64,000 bases of DNA, from NCBI GenBank assembly GCA_043228905.1, contig JBHGNT010000016.1, positions 15,252,001 to 15,316,000 of the forward strand, given 5' to 3'. Position numbers and translations under genes: made by a program. Under the pieces are notes generated by a model. It saw only the letters and a program-made list of their open reading frames with translations. It had not been told where the DNA came from and did no database searches. This DNA is from Azolla caroliniana. Lineage: Eukaryota > Plantae > Polypodiophyta. Shown here piece after piece: positions 39,301-48,289 of the stretch; position 1 is the stretch's first letter, and each line of letters begins with the position of its first letter.

Positions 39301-39401
39301 CTCGCCATCTTTCCTCGACCTCGAAGCAGACATGGAACCACAAACGCTGTCGGAAGCGGCCAGGAAATGGTTCAGGCAACACGGACTGGATGGGTTCTTG
39401 A
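33387..39401 (+). CDS. gag-pol: Gag-Pol polyprotein (gag, zinc knuckles, protease, RT, RNase H, integrase), single ORF, 2004 aa
   Basis: CYYCRQQGHYSNQC, VIDGGSEVN, FLDGFSGYNQ, QVFLDDF, VFVDASD, HHCC, WGLDFVGP, FRWTGPY; no chromodomain. Confidence 0.95.
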   Translation: MTRPTHDLVTDRARRLAERQRRRETFQQAAHEIRSDRSFSNEIRRVAEESLRLQQTRDQDDGSSLSSLRETERLLEALASGENEAEAFSAYESDSEGGYSVHTNYRSSNDTPGGPEDDGSDTVPTPEPEPQTEAVNPPTPEVEEAKPPTPTKEPAKVPEDEPVKEPEKEPEEEPEKAPAKQPEVEPERKPERYQQTPLNRGLILDDDMPFQSSKYRDDPDAEAHVHAFEQTWEANHTSQRMTPEEEECSKVAEFGVTLEGPATRWRRTQDPATITTFAELKAKFLHFFHKEVDQTTMVGLFYTIRQEAGESIPQFVIRFQRMHSQLARAPPEEELRTIFLNALREPLRTVCTVIDFRGSTIDQVIDRVREMEKSSSWLTLRTLQRALPTEEDLRFRQAIQCTICLNARHSAVECTMRTQCVICQSKSHTTDRCEYNLLNRQAPPVRWIEPRSSRDEDEDRWQKMNRYRPAQDVRYGDRQENDGRYGNQHDNYDRYERSDRYRESNRRHEQYDRDHSPGYRRHQEDYGRFYDPPRPDYRNKNKNNKKRNFKKGGHTRDPEHGTPRSQPAQNAPLTTGPTPDTSNAESNNTRKEYCYYCRQQGHYSNQCPAKSYNKRPAVNMVVPEVADIQQVTTRSKGMAKEWETQEAIRKQATEWVKEANERNVADAERQKANIIGSAGAGHAETETWQALQECQITLPLGRLLQLVPRFTEGLKTVMTDGIAPPAPVLISNPEEGPTVVDTSSPVITAIVKGHELPGTVIDGGSEVNVISLRTCDALGIHEWEPCPFWLRMADTSSVRPTGLIWKLEVTIGGHTFHISAVVLQLQAQGAYPLLLGRPWLKTTHIKQNWRKNMITFRRGKAKVRVPTQPRTSNGKECTPLYAECVNMLEGLADDEEAQYLEEHPKIVPLFEIDVAEAVAPYLPQRDDTEAEPDKDSIRELRQAQEALEREMAVSQRVKTSQLDEVNLGSKDESKPVHIAKEMKPEDKAAMIKLLTEFRDVFAWSYEDMRGLDPQLYQHQIHLGKDAKPVAQRRYRMNPNYAAKVKEEIDKLLRVGFIRPVKKATWLSPIVVVPKKNGKIRVCVDYRKLNAATITDAFPLPFTDGVLDAVAGHEVYSFLDGFSGYNQIRMHPDDQEKTAFVTEWGVFVAEVMMFGLKTAPATFQRIIMEIFGEYIPAFMQVFLDDFAVYSRGKDHLQHLRLCLEKCRLYRLSLNPAKCIFGVSSGILLGHIVSKEGIAVDPDKVNAILGAPAPKTAKALSRFLGQIRWHSRMLRHLADLATPLHTAVHRTPFQWTDTEDKAYNALKVLLSQAPVVQPPDWSKEFHVFVDASDIAIGSTLMQLTEPKWYRPVYYASRKLSQAEKNYSTTEREALGMIYSVTKFRHYLLGRKFSFHVDHSALLYLVSKASLTGKLARWTLLLQEFEFEIFHRPGIHHAVADYLSRLESEESGDGVSDEFPDAELFRITPETAADDTVASEDRWLTNMHQFLSTGLPPEEMNRDERKRLAVQSHNFCLLRDTLYHKGADGIWRRAVRSDEKQVILREAHCGVAGGHYAGEATARKVWQSGLWWPTTLKDAVKYAKECDLCQRMGQPTEQARMPHQPVLPLEPFQKWGLDFVGPIKPPAMRTGNRYVIVATDYCIKWVEAKALRDNTASTAKFLYENIWCRYGCPIELISDQGGHFLGQVVESLTTFYAVVHKRSTPYYPQANRLAESTNKTLQNILRKIVNENRTDWDTKLHSALWAYRTAYKTSIRTTPFRLAFGLEAVMPVEFQVPSLWIQLRERLNEKESEEMRLAALCELEEQRLASILHMELERRRRNAFVDRHRKGNEKMFEIEKPVLVFQTRMGKMPGKLWFRWTGPYWLTQEYNGSYQLGTLAGEVLGKWVNGFRLKPYKGPMPSYLILNRYTTCACSKKAPRRTEKKKSAWRPSFFASQEAQKHQGSGSLANANLHSENPRVQNVLSLALTLITTLPRHLSSTSKQTWNHKRCRKRPGNGSGNTDWMGS

Positions 39402-41983
39402 CCATCATGGAGGCACCACCGCACAAAGAAGCCGACCGGGTCATCAAGGAGCTCGACACGGAAGTCATCACCGAGGAAGCGATCCGTGCGCTAACAGGCC
39501 TTCCGGAGGGAGGTATTTTTCAGATTGATAACCCAACCTCGGAGCAACTCATCCGATATTTCGGTGAGTACTCTGTAGCCGGCAAAGGCTATCGAACGCA
39601 GGGCGGCGAAGATCCGCTATTCAGGGAGATAGCTCGAGTGCTCCATGAGTACGGCCACGTGTACCCCCGACCCCCTGTCATGCCAAAAAATCGGGCAGGG
39701 ATGATCACAGCCACCTATGAAGAGATCAAGGTGGACTGGCCGGTGTTGATTGCAGACGGTTTGTGCGCGGCAATCGACATGGTACGAGGGAAGGACGGCA
39801 AGGAGGGCCGGAAGCTGTGGCATGCCGTAGCTCAGTGGATAACATTGCTCGTGCCTCCGGTCGAGACCGTCCAGCCAAAGAAGCGGCCAAGATTATCGGA
39901 AGGAAGCACCTCGAAACCCGCGTCCAAACGACAGCAGCTGCTGGCATCAAAGGCGACGAAAGGGAAGAAACGGCTCCCAGAACCGGAGGAGGTGTCACCG
40001 GTGGGACCCGTTAAGATAACCATACGGCGACCGGGACAGAAGGAACCGGAACCCTTGAGCGCACAGAAACATGCCGCTACGCAGGAAGAGGAAACGGAGG
40101 AGCCAGAAGAGCACCTCCAACGACGGTCAAGAAGTAGGACCGCCGGGACAGCGGGGGAGCGTTCGTACCCGCAAGAGGAAGAAACGCCCCCAACTCAACC
40201 TGAGCAAACCACAAGGGAGGAACCGGAACCGGTGCGTATGGAACCGGCCTTGTCGACTTCTATAGAAGAAGTCATTCCAACGGCTCCAGAGACGGCGAGA
40301 ACCGGAACTCAACAGCCGGCGAGCCCAGCCAGCACACACGGCGGCCAAGGAGTAGAACCAGAACGGCAGATACAGGCACTCAGGCCAGACAATTCCACAG
40401 TGAACGAGCCGACCCGACCAGTACAGCAGCAAGGCACCAGTAGCATGTGGCTACGGTGGGTAGGCGAGCAGATCGCCGGAGCGGTCGAGTACATAGAGGC
40501 GGAGGAGAGAGCGCACAACGAACGGTTGCTCGTCACAACCGTAGATCTAGAGACGGCCCGGTCCAGAATCCGGAGCCTTGAACAAGACTTGGACAGGGTC
40601 ACAAGGGAAATGGCTCAATTGGCTTTGACAACACAAGTCCAAGCACCGGTGACTCCGGGCAATGTACAGAATAAAGCGTCAGATCAACCTGTACATAGCA
40701 ATCAGACCCCGGTAACGGAAACCGTTCCGGAAAGAAATGCGGCACAAGCCCAAGAGCTTGCGGACTTAAAGGATGAGCTAGCTGCCCAAGAAGCGCTGAG
40801 GAGCCGCGAAAGAGAGTTGAAGACGGCAGCGGAGGCAGAACTTAAAAAGACTGCTGAGAAGCTACGCTGGGCCGAGGAGAGCTTACGAAAAGGCCACCAA
40901 GCATACGACCGGCTCAAGGAGGAGAAGGAGAAAATGCTGCAAGAGAAGGACAGGCTCCGGAGAAACGCCGAAACAGAAGTAGAGCGCCTGAAAGAAGAAC
41001 TACGGCAGGTAAAGGACTGGGAGGACCGGAACCATCGCCAGATCAACGGCAAGCTCAAACAAAAAACGGAGGAATTTGAGCACTTGCACCGGGAGTATAA
41101 ACGGTTGCAAACGGAGCACAAGGAACAGACAGATGAGCTCCGGCAAGCAGTTGATCGGACTGCAACGGCATACGCTAAGGAACAAGCGGAAACCAGAAGA
41201 CGGTTGGAAGTGGCGGAGAAGGTTCGGACAGAGCTCCTCAGGCAACAGCAGGCGGAAAAAGAAAGAGCGGCGGAGGTACTGCAGAGGCTGCAGACAACAT
41301 ATCAAGGGCAGCTGACGCGCTACAGAGAGCAGGCGGAGGATACGGCGAATCTCATCAAGCAGTTGAAGGAGGAGCGACAAGTGGTGGAAAGTAGAGCGCA
41401 AATGGGAGCAAGTCGCATCCAGGATATCATGCGGGCCTGGTTGAACCAGACCAAGAGCTTGATTGACAACGGTTCCGTCAAATGGTGGACCAAGTGGGCC
41501 ACGAACGCGGCGGAACTCCAATTGCTCCGGGCCGACGTAGAGAACCGGCGGAAGGAGGGAGATGATTGCTATATGCTGACTTCCGAAGACTTCACCGGCA
41601 TAAGAGATGAGCTGGCCGAAGACTTTCAAGCCTTGGCAGAGGACCAACTAGGGCAAGTCCGGCAACTTGTAGCTCAGCTGGACGACAGGCTGGAGGCGCA
41701 GATCCAGTTTGAAAGCTACGAGAGGTCCCGGATCCGGGAAGAGAAAGCACGTGAACCGGTTACGGTCAACCTTAGTGATGAGGAACCGTTACTGGAAGGA
41801 GACCGGACCGGAAGCAGTCAAACGGAGATGCCGGAGTCAGAGAAACAAACGGAGCAGCCGGAGCAGCCTCAGTCCCAACCGCAACCACAGCAGCAGCAGC
41901 AAGCACAGCCGCAACAACCACAACCGGAAGAACAAGTGGAAACTCTGGAACAAAGTATTTTGGACAATTTGGGTGAACAATGA
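39332..41983 (+). CDS. Extra sense ORF3 of element E: conserved N-terminal domain plus long coiled coil, function unknown
   Basis: Uninterrupted frame 39110..41983; probable ATG at 39332 by alignment with the D homolog; E/K/R/Q-rich heptad-like C-terminal half. Confidence 0.82.
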   Translation: MEPQTLSEAARKWFRQHGLDGFLTIMEAPPHKEADRVIKELDTEVITEEAIRALTGLPEGGIFQIDNPTSEQLIRYFGEYSVAGKGYRTQGGEDPLFREIARVLHEYGHVYPRPPVMPKNRAGMITATYEEIKVDWPVLIADGLCAAIDMVRGKDGKEGRKLWHAVAQWITLLVPPVETVQPKKRPRLSEGSTSKPASKRQQLLASKATKGKKRLPEPEEVSPVGPVKITIRRPGQKEPEPLSAQKHAATQEEETEEPEEHLQRRSRSRTAGTAGERSYPQEEETPPTQPEQTTREEPEPVRMEPALSTSIEEVIPTAPETARTGTQQPASPASTHGGQGVEPERQIQALRPDNSTVNEPTRPVQQQGTSSMWLRWVGEQIAGAVEYIEAEERAHNERLLVTTVDLETARSRIRSLEQDLDRVTREMAQLALTTQVQAPVTPGNVQNKASDQPVHSNQTPVTETVPERNAAQAQELADLKDELAAQEALRSRERELKTAAEAELKKTAEKLRWAEESLRKGHQAYDRLKEEKEKMLQEKDRLRRNAETEVERLKEELRQVKDWEDRNHRQINGKLKQKTEEFEHLHREYKRLQTEHKEQTDELRQAVDRTATAYAKEQAETRRRLEVAEKVRTELLRQQQAEKERAAEVLQRLQTTYQGQLTRYREQAEDTANLIKQLKEERQVVESRAQMGASRIQDIMRAWLNQTKSLIDNGSVKWWTKWATNAAELQLLRADVENRRKEGDDCYMLTSEDFTGIRDELAEDFQALAEDQLGQVRQLVAQLDDRLEAQIQFESYERSRIREEKAREPVTVNLSDEEPLLEGDRTGSSQTEMPESEKQTEQPEQPQSQPQPQQQQQAQPQQPQPEEQVETLEQSILDNLGEQ

Positions 41984-42013
41984 AGGGGCCGAGAAGGGTT
42001 CGACGTACAAGGT

Positions 42014-42033
42014 ACTGTCCCACGGGCGTGCCA
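42014..42033 (+). promoter_or_regulatory. tRNA-Arg 3'-end-like motif at the PPT position of element E
   Basis: ACTGTCCCACGGGCGTGCCA ends in CCA 2 nt before the 3' LTR; no purine tract adjacent. Confidence 0.7.
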
Positions 42034-42035
42034 TG

Positions 42036-42453
42036 TGTTACCGGCCGGCAAGGAGTCCAAAATACGGAGTGAAGGAATTAATTAAGTATGGTTGTAAATA
42101 AGCATAGTATGGACGGACGGACTGGAAACGGTATGCCGTTCCAGATCCGGACGGATCCCGAATAGGTGCGATATGCACCGTTTTGTACTACGGGCCGGAA
42201 ACCTATTTAAAGGCCCGGACCCCATTGTAATCGCAGCGGATAATTAATAGAGCATATGGTGTTATACTTCTGTGTTGATTTCCGTTCTGTACTTACTGTG
42301 ATATCTTACGCGTGTAATTAACCAAAGCACTCTAATCGTGTAACTTACGTAAGTCGGTGTAATCGTTGAATCTTAATCCTATGCCGTAATCACCCTTTGG
42401 TGAAGTGTCTCCGTGACACCTTGTGTTAGGCCTTGTCCAGTCAGAGAATAACA
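42036..42453 (+). repeat. 3' LTR of element E
   Basis: Direct repeat of 32918-33335. Confidence 0.96.
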
Positions 42454-43368
42454 AAGCACACGGGCTGTCCACGAAGCAAAGGTAACTCACCCCGAAATCC
42501 TGCAGAGAACGACGAACGATGGGGGAGAGAGCTCGGTCCAAGTCCGACAACACTTCATCCTTGCTCCCTTAAACGCTATATCTCATCCCCCTTCTTCCTT
42601 CCCTTCTATAGGCCATCAAGGCAGGCCTTTCATCAATTTATTCTTTGTCCTTTCGGAGAGATACTCTTTGATTTCCTAGACATTCAATGCGTCACATCTA
42701 GTCTATTTACACCCATCGTCCTACTCCTAGTTATATACAAGGTATTAATTGGCGTGGAAAAGTGTAGGGCCAGTTCATGCGCCCTGCTTCGTCGATTCCG
42801 CTTCTGACCGGTTTTCTTCACGACATCCACCCGCACCAAACCGCGCATCCACTGGTATGCGATGGAGAGGGACAGACACCAGAGAAAACGGCTTGCGTTC
42901 ACTCGTCACTCTCTGAATTATCGGCGTCCCCGAGCCGATCGTTATCACTCCCCCGCCCCGACTCGTCTTCGTACCGCTTCTTGAATGCTTTAATCCGCTT
43001 CCTGGCTACCGGCACCACCAATCGTGTCTCGTCGAGCTCCGCAAGATGGTACATGCCATTGTCATTCGTGCTCGTCACTGTCATGATATGACAAGACTCG
43101 AACCCATGACCTTATGCTACATGGGTCGAGCTCTTGACCATTAGACTATACATTGTAATACGTAAAATATTATTTTCATTTATATCTTATTATAAAAAAT
43201 TGATGTATATTCCAGATTTCTCTGGAACATTCTAGAAACTCCAAGAGTTTTCCTTAGAACACTATAAAAGGAGGGACAAGGCATTCTTTTGAACCAAATC
43301 GGTTCAATGCCAGTCTGAAGCCTCCTAGCTACTGTACATTTTCTTCACATATATATCTTTTCTTATCA

Positions 43369-43404
<36 letters not shown>

Positions 43405-43509
43405 CCTCTCACTCACTCTTTCCTTCTCTCGAGAGTTCTTCACCTCTCTTAGTACTAATACTTCTTTTAGTTCTAATTCCTTCTCTGTCTTAGTATTGTT
43501 CTTGACAGT

Positions 43510-43521
43510 TTGAACCGATTT
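43510..43521 (+). promoter_or_regulatory. Non-tRNA PBS of element G (putative self-priming site)
   Basis: TTGAACCGATTT is the exact complement of LTR 43296-43307 AAATCGGTTCAA. Confidence 0.75.
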
Positions 43522-45123
43522 TTCCTACCGTCTGTCTCTCTCATTTCCTACTAATCTCCTATTCCTCTTTTCTTTCATCCCATGGCCACTGTTAGTGTTG
43601 AAGAATATCAATCTGTTTTCTCAGAATTTCAATGCTTGAAAGAGAAGTTCCATGCTTTGGAACAAGAAAACCAACGGTTGCTGGGGGATCTTCAACAAAT
43701 CTCCTTAGAAAAGCAGCAAACGCAACAACAACATGGGGAACTTGCGTTACGCGTGCAACAACTCGAAGCAACCATCGTAGCGATGCAACAACAAGGGCCC
43801 GGAACACAAGGCATTCATAAAGAACCCAAGATTGGCCTTCCCACGAACTTCGATGGAACGCGATCGCAGTTTAGAGCGTTCCTTAACTAGGTACGACTAG
43901 TTATTCAAATGCATCCTTCCCGATATCCCACCGATGCATCACAAGTGGGTTTAGTAGGCACTTTTTTAAGTGGCTCAGCGTTGGCATGGTTCGCTCCACT
44001 CTTAGAAAAGGAATCTCCGTTACTCAACAATTTTGAAGAGTTTCTAGGTGATTTTAAAGCATGTTTTGGAGATACTGACAGCATCAGGACTGCAATCAAC
44101 AAAATTCGGCGATTACGCTAAGGTGACCGTCCAGCCTTCACATACGCTGCAGATTTTCGCCTACTCGCCGCCGATATCCCTTGGGATGATCAAGCGTTGA
44201 TGGAGCAATTCCGTTATAGTTTACGCAATGACGTCAAGGATTTACTCTTCACCTTCCCCGAAGAGCCAAACTCCTTAACATAAGCAATCAGTCGCACGGT
44301 GAGATGTGACAACCGCCTCTTTGAGCGACGTTCGGAACGACAGCTACAGATGCCGAGGGCAAGATCAGAGCCCACCTACGCCTCAGTGTTAGCAAGACCT
44401 TTTCCGAGGGAGTCATATAATACGCCTTTAGCGAATACTCTGACTCCGATGGAGATTGACACTACACGTTGTCGTGAAGAAAACCGTCCACGAGCGGAAT
44501 CGGTGCGCCGGAGCATAGGAACCGGCTCTTCATGCACGTACGCCTTATGTTGTACATAAGAGAGAATTAGGGACATGGAAGATCGGAGGTAGATAGATTC
44601 GGTAGGTAGGAAGTTAATAGGAAACGGCTCCCTTCTTGCCTATAAAAGGAGGGAGACGAGCAAGAGGAAGGGATCGCGGAGAGTCGAGGACGAAGTGTTG
44701 TCGGTTTGTGGGCGAAGGCTTCTCTCTCTCTCTCTGGCTCGCAAACTCCGTAGCTTCTTGCTGTGCAGGTTTCGGGAGGCTCGCGCTACTCTGAGGAATG
44801 CCCGAGTGCTTCCGGCAGCACCTCCAACCTACTCTTTCCTTTCTGTGCGTTTACGAACAGGCATCGCATCTGTTCGTCGGCCTGTTCGGTTGTAACAAAC
44901 TTCGTGCTTCTTATTGTTTGTTTGTTAATATATATATTTATATACATTCGTGTCCCTCGTGTCTGCGTCCCACTCGCGTCTTTGTATCGAAGGGCCGTGT
45001 CCCTGTGAATCTACGCTCGCACGTAGTGGGTCCCCTCCCTTCTCCTTTCTCTCTTGCTCTTCGGTACAAGACCCCCGAGGTCCCGCCCCATTCCACGCAT
45101 CCTCGAGGAATACCTCGACATCT

Positions 45124-45140
45124 TGGTGAACCCGACGTGA
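45124..45140 (+). promoter_or_regulatory. PBS of element F (tRNA-Trp)
   Basis: TGGTGAACCCGACGTGA is complementary to the plant cytosolic tRNA-Trp 3' end (TCACGTCGGGTTCACCA). Confidence 0.85.
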
Positions 45141-45163
45141 AGGAGGCGGCAGAAGAGCAGAAG

Positions 45164-47289
45164 ATGAAGGGGTCGGATCTTGCGGAGGCCATGGCTTCGG
45201 CAGTGGATCGGATATTGAGCGCACGCGAGGGCACCGGCGCCCTCGACAGAGCCATTGAGGCGGTCGTCGGTACGATCGGTCGGTTCAGCGGAAAGGACGC
45301 CACGAAGTATTTGGTGTCCTACGGGGCAGAAATGCTGATGCGGGACATTCCGGAAGAGAGGCGTCTTGCCGGGTTCCCTCGAGTGGCGATGCCGAGCATC
45401 CATGCGGAGGTGCTCGAGGTGCGGGCGGAGAGCCGTACCTGGGAGGAGTTCGAAGGTCGACTCCTAGAAAAATACGGACTGGACGACACGCTCCGGCTTT
45501 CGAAACGGGACTTCATGGAGTGGGTGGAGTCCCCCGGCAAGGGAAGAAACGCGTCGGCACTCCTCTGGGAGTTCGAAGAACGCTTTGCGTGCCTTTCGGC
45601 GCTTGACCGAACCGTTCTGGATACGAACTGGGTCCTACTATTCGTCAAGTCGGTGGACGAGCGGGACTGGGATCAAGTCGGCTCCTTGCTGGAAACCGAA
45701 GACGGGCTGACGACCGACTGGGCTGCGGTTAAGAGAGTCTGTGGCCGTTTCGACAAACGGCGAGAATGGGCTGACAACGGGGCGGCTGGTGCGGGCTCTG
45801 TCACAGCAAGGAAGCTTGAACCGGCACCGCAAGGGCGAAGGGAAGAAACCCGAGAATGGCTCGAAACCGGTCCGGCTTCGACCGGCATGGTCAGTGGCTC
45901 GTCCGGAGGAGCAGCGCTGGAGGAGTTGACGCGGGCGATAAAGGATCTCCAGATCCCCCAGACTCGAAGGGAAGGCGGCGAACCGGCTCGTGACCGACGG
46001 TCGGTAGCAGGGAACAGGTGCATGTGGTGCGACGAGGTCGGCCACATCCGGAAGGACTGCGGCGATTTCGCAGAAGTGTTGAGGAACCGGGTGGTGTACC
46101 TGTGGGAAGGCCGGGTGCACGCCGGCGACACCAGAAGGGCCCTAAACCGAAACGACGGGCGAGGAGGAATGAAGAGACTGATGGAAGAGGCAGCGGCCCG
46201 ACACGTGGAGGCCATCCACTACTCGGCGTCGGCCGGCATTCGGGTCGGGGGCAGCGAGGCCCGAAAGGAGGGCAAAGACGGATTCTGGTCGGCAATGCTG
46301 GAAGGTCTTGCCGTCGCGTGGCTAAGGAAAGATGAAACGGACCGCACTGAGAGATGGGTCCGGGAAATAACCGGGTGGAGAGATCCGGTCGAGGAGAAGA
46401 CGAGCTTCGTAGAAGCCGCCTGCCGGAACTACGAGGCTCTGGTAGAAGACAAACGAGTGGGGAAAGCCGGAGCGGCCGGGCCCTCACAACGGTACGAGAC
46501 CCGATTCGGGCAACGACAGAACGATGCCGGTGGGTCCAGCTCGCAAGATAACCCCAGGAAGGGCGGATACCGACTAGGGACGGAAATAGAAAGGACTACG
46601 GACCTAGGAAAGGTCCTAGAAGAACGGATCCTCGACAGCAAAGTGCAACTGTCATTGCGAGAGGTGTTAGGGATCGCCAAGAAGGAGTTCCACGACTCCA
46701 TTGTGGACCTGGTGAAACGGAAGAGGCTGTCGACGGAGACGGAACCGGAAAGACCGGTGGAGGTGCGAACGACGCACATCGACGACATGGCGCTGGAAGA
46801 TGAGTGGGCGGAGAGCCACTATTCAAGGCCGCACTGGGCCCGAGCGACCATGGAGACCCCGGTAAAGATCGGAGATGTTCAGGAACCGGTGGTGGCATTG
46901 GTGGACCACAGTTCGGAAATAAACCTGATGTCCATGGACTTCTATAAGAAGGGAAAGTGGCCGATCAACACCAAGCACGGGTGGAAGCTACAGGCGGCGA
47001 CGCGCGCCACCGAGGAACTGCATGGGGCCTGCCCGAACGTGCGAGTCAAGATTGGCGACGTCGAGATTGACCAGCACTTCTTCGTACAGGAGACGTCCTC
47101 ACACCCGGTCATATTAGGGGAACCATACATCACGGCGGCGCGGATGGAGACAAGGTGCTAGACAACGGTTCTGCCTACGCAAGGGTCAAAAGCCAGGACG
47201 GGCGCCATTCGGTCCAATTTCTGATGGTGCGACCGAACCACGAGCGAAACCGCGAATCCCTCGGTGGCGAGAACCAGGAGGATTTTTAG
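45164..47289 (+). pseudogene. gag: Element F ORF1: gag, zinc knuckle and aspartic protease (1-nt lesion near 47150)
   Basis: CMWCDEVGHIRKDC, ALVDHSSEINLM, VILGEPY; the restored frame ends GAG GAT TTT TAG. Confidence 0.82.
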
Positions 47290-48289
47290 AGAGGGCTGCC
47301 AAGGCGTGGGGCCGAGACAGTCCGGACACTCGGGAAAGACCCCACAGCTATACGATAGAACCGAAACCGAAGAAACCTTGTGCGATAGGTAGAAAATTCT
47401 GCTTCTCCAACAACGGAGGGTGTATGATAGTCGGCATCGTTGGCCGAGAAAGGGCAAGGGCGGAGGAGCGACTTCGAGCGTGCGGAGTTCTCGTCCCGGA
47501 CGAGGAAATCAGCGGGGCCGTGGAGGCGGTCTCCTTCGACGACACCTTGGGGATGCTGAGGAAGGTAGCCGGGGAAGACCTTAACGAAGACCGGACGATA
47601 CCGGTATGTTCCAAAGAGATGTACGAAGTCATCGCGGACTTCAGCCAGGGGCTCCAGTCGGATCGAACGGCCCGAGTTAGCACGAAGTACAAGACTGTGG
47701 ACTGGAAGGTAAGGCCAGCCGCGGCACCCTTACCGGAGGGCAACGAGTCCCGAATCAGAGGGGTTGCGTCGGACCCCAGTTTACGAGATCCGGCCTGCAT
47801 AGGACACAGCTTCACCGACGGGACACTCCAGGAGCTCAAGATCGGTGGGGGCGGGTTCCTACTGCCGGCGGAGGAAGACCGGTTTCGAAGAATGCTCGGA
47901 AGGCACGGGAAAGCCTTCGCATTCTTGCCGGAAGAGATCGGGTGCGTAGACCCGACAATCATGGAGCCGATGGTGATATTCACGGTACCGCATGTGCCGT
48001 GGAATCTCAAGCCGATTCCGGTACCAAGAGCTCACATCCCGGAGTTGATGGAGCTACTGAGGCAGAAAGTCGATATGGGTATTCTCGAACCGTCGAGCGC
48101 GCCATACTCGAACCGATGGTTTACCGTACCAAAGAAAAACGGAACATTGCGCTTCATTCAGGACCTGCAGCCGGTCAACAGAGTGACCATTCGGAACGCA
48201 TGAATCGGACCAACCATAGACGAGTTCGCGGAGGCCTTCGCCGGAAGGTCGATTTACTCGGTCGGTGATCTGTACTCAGGGTACGACCA
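47280..48289 (+). pseudogene. pol: Element F RT N-terminal part, cut at DLYSGYD
   Basis: VPHVPW, YSNRWFTVPKKNGTLRFIQDLQPVN, GDLYSGYD. Confidence 0.88.

Larger units (their letters stand above)
32918..42453 (+). mobile_element. Element E: young, nearly intact non-chromovirus Ty3/Gypsy (Phygy/Athila-Tat-like), 9.5 kb
   Basis: 418-bp LTRs at 32918-33335 and 42036-42453 (3 differences seen); TSD AAGCA; two long open ORFs. Confidence 0.97.
32660..43078 (-). mobile_element. Element H (3' end): F-lineage Gypsy; 3' LTR (32660-32917 plus 42459-42825) split by E; integrase C-terminus 42899-43078
   Basis: LTR termini TGTCGTGAAGAAAACCG..CTCGACA match F; pre-LTR sequence resembles F; NDNGMYHLAELD..KRIKAFKKR is homologous to the F integrase tail. 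Confidence 0.82.

Noticed and set aside
39070-39401. Extended C-terminus of the E polyprotein overlapping the ORF3 frame
   Set aside because: Probably read-through after a deletion at the end of pol, since copy L has a different, longer spacer there; not evidence of a functional overlap
34698-41647. Many 100-250 aa antisense ORFs over element E (likewise over F)
   Set aside because: Shadow ORFs of GC-rich coding sequence with no motifs
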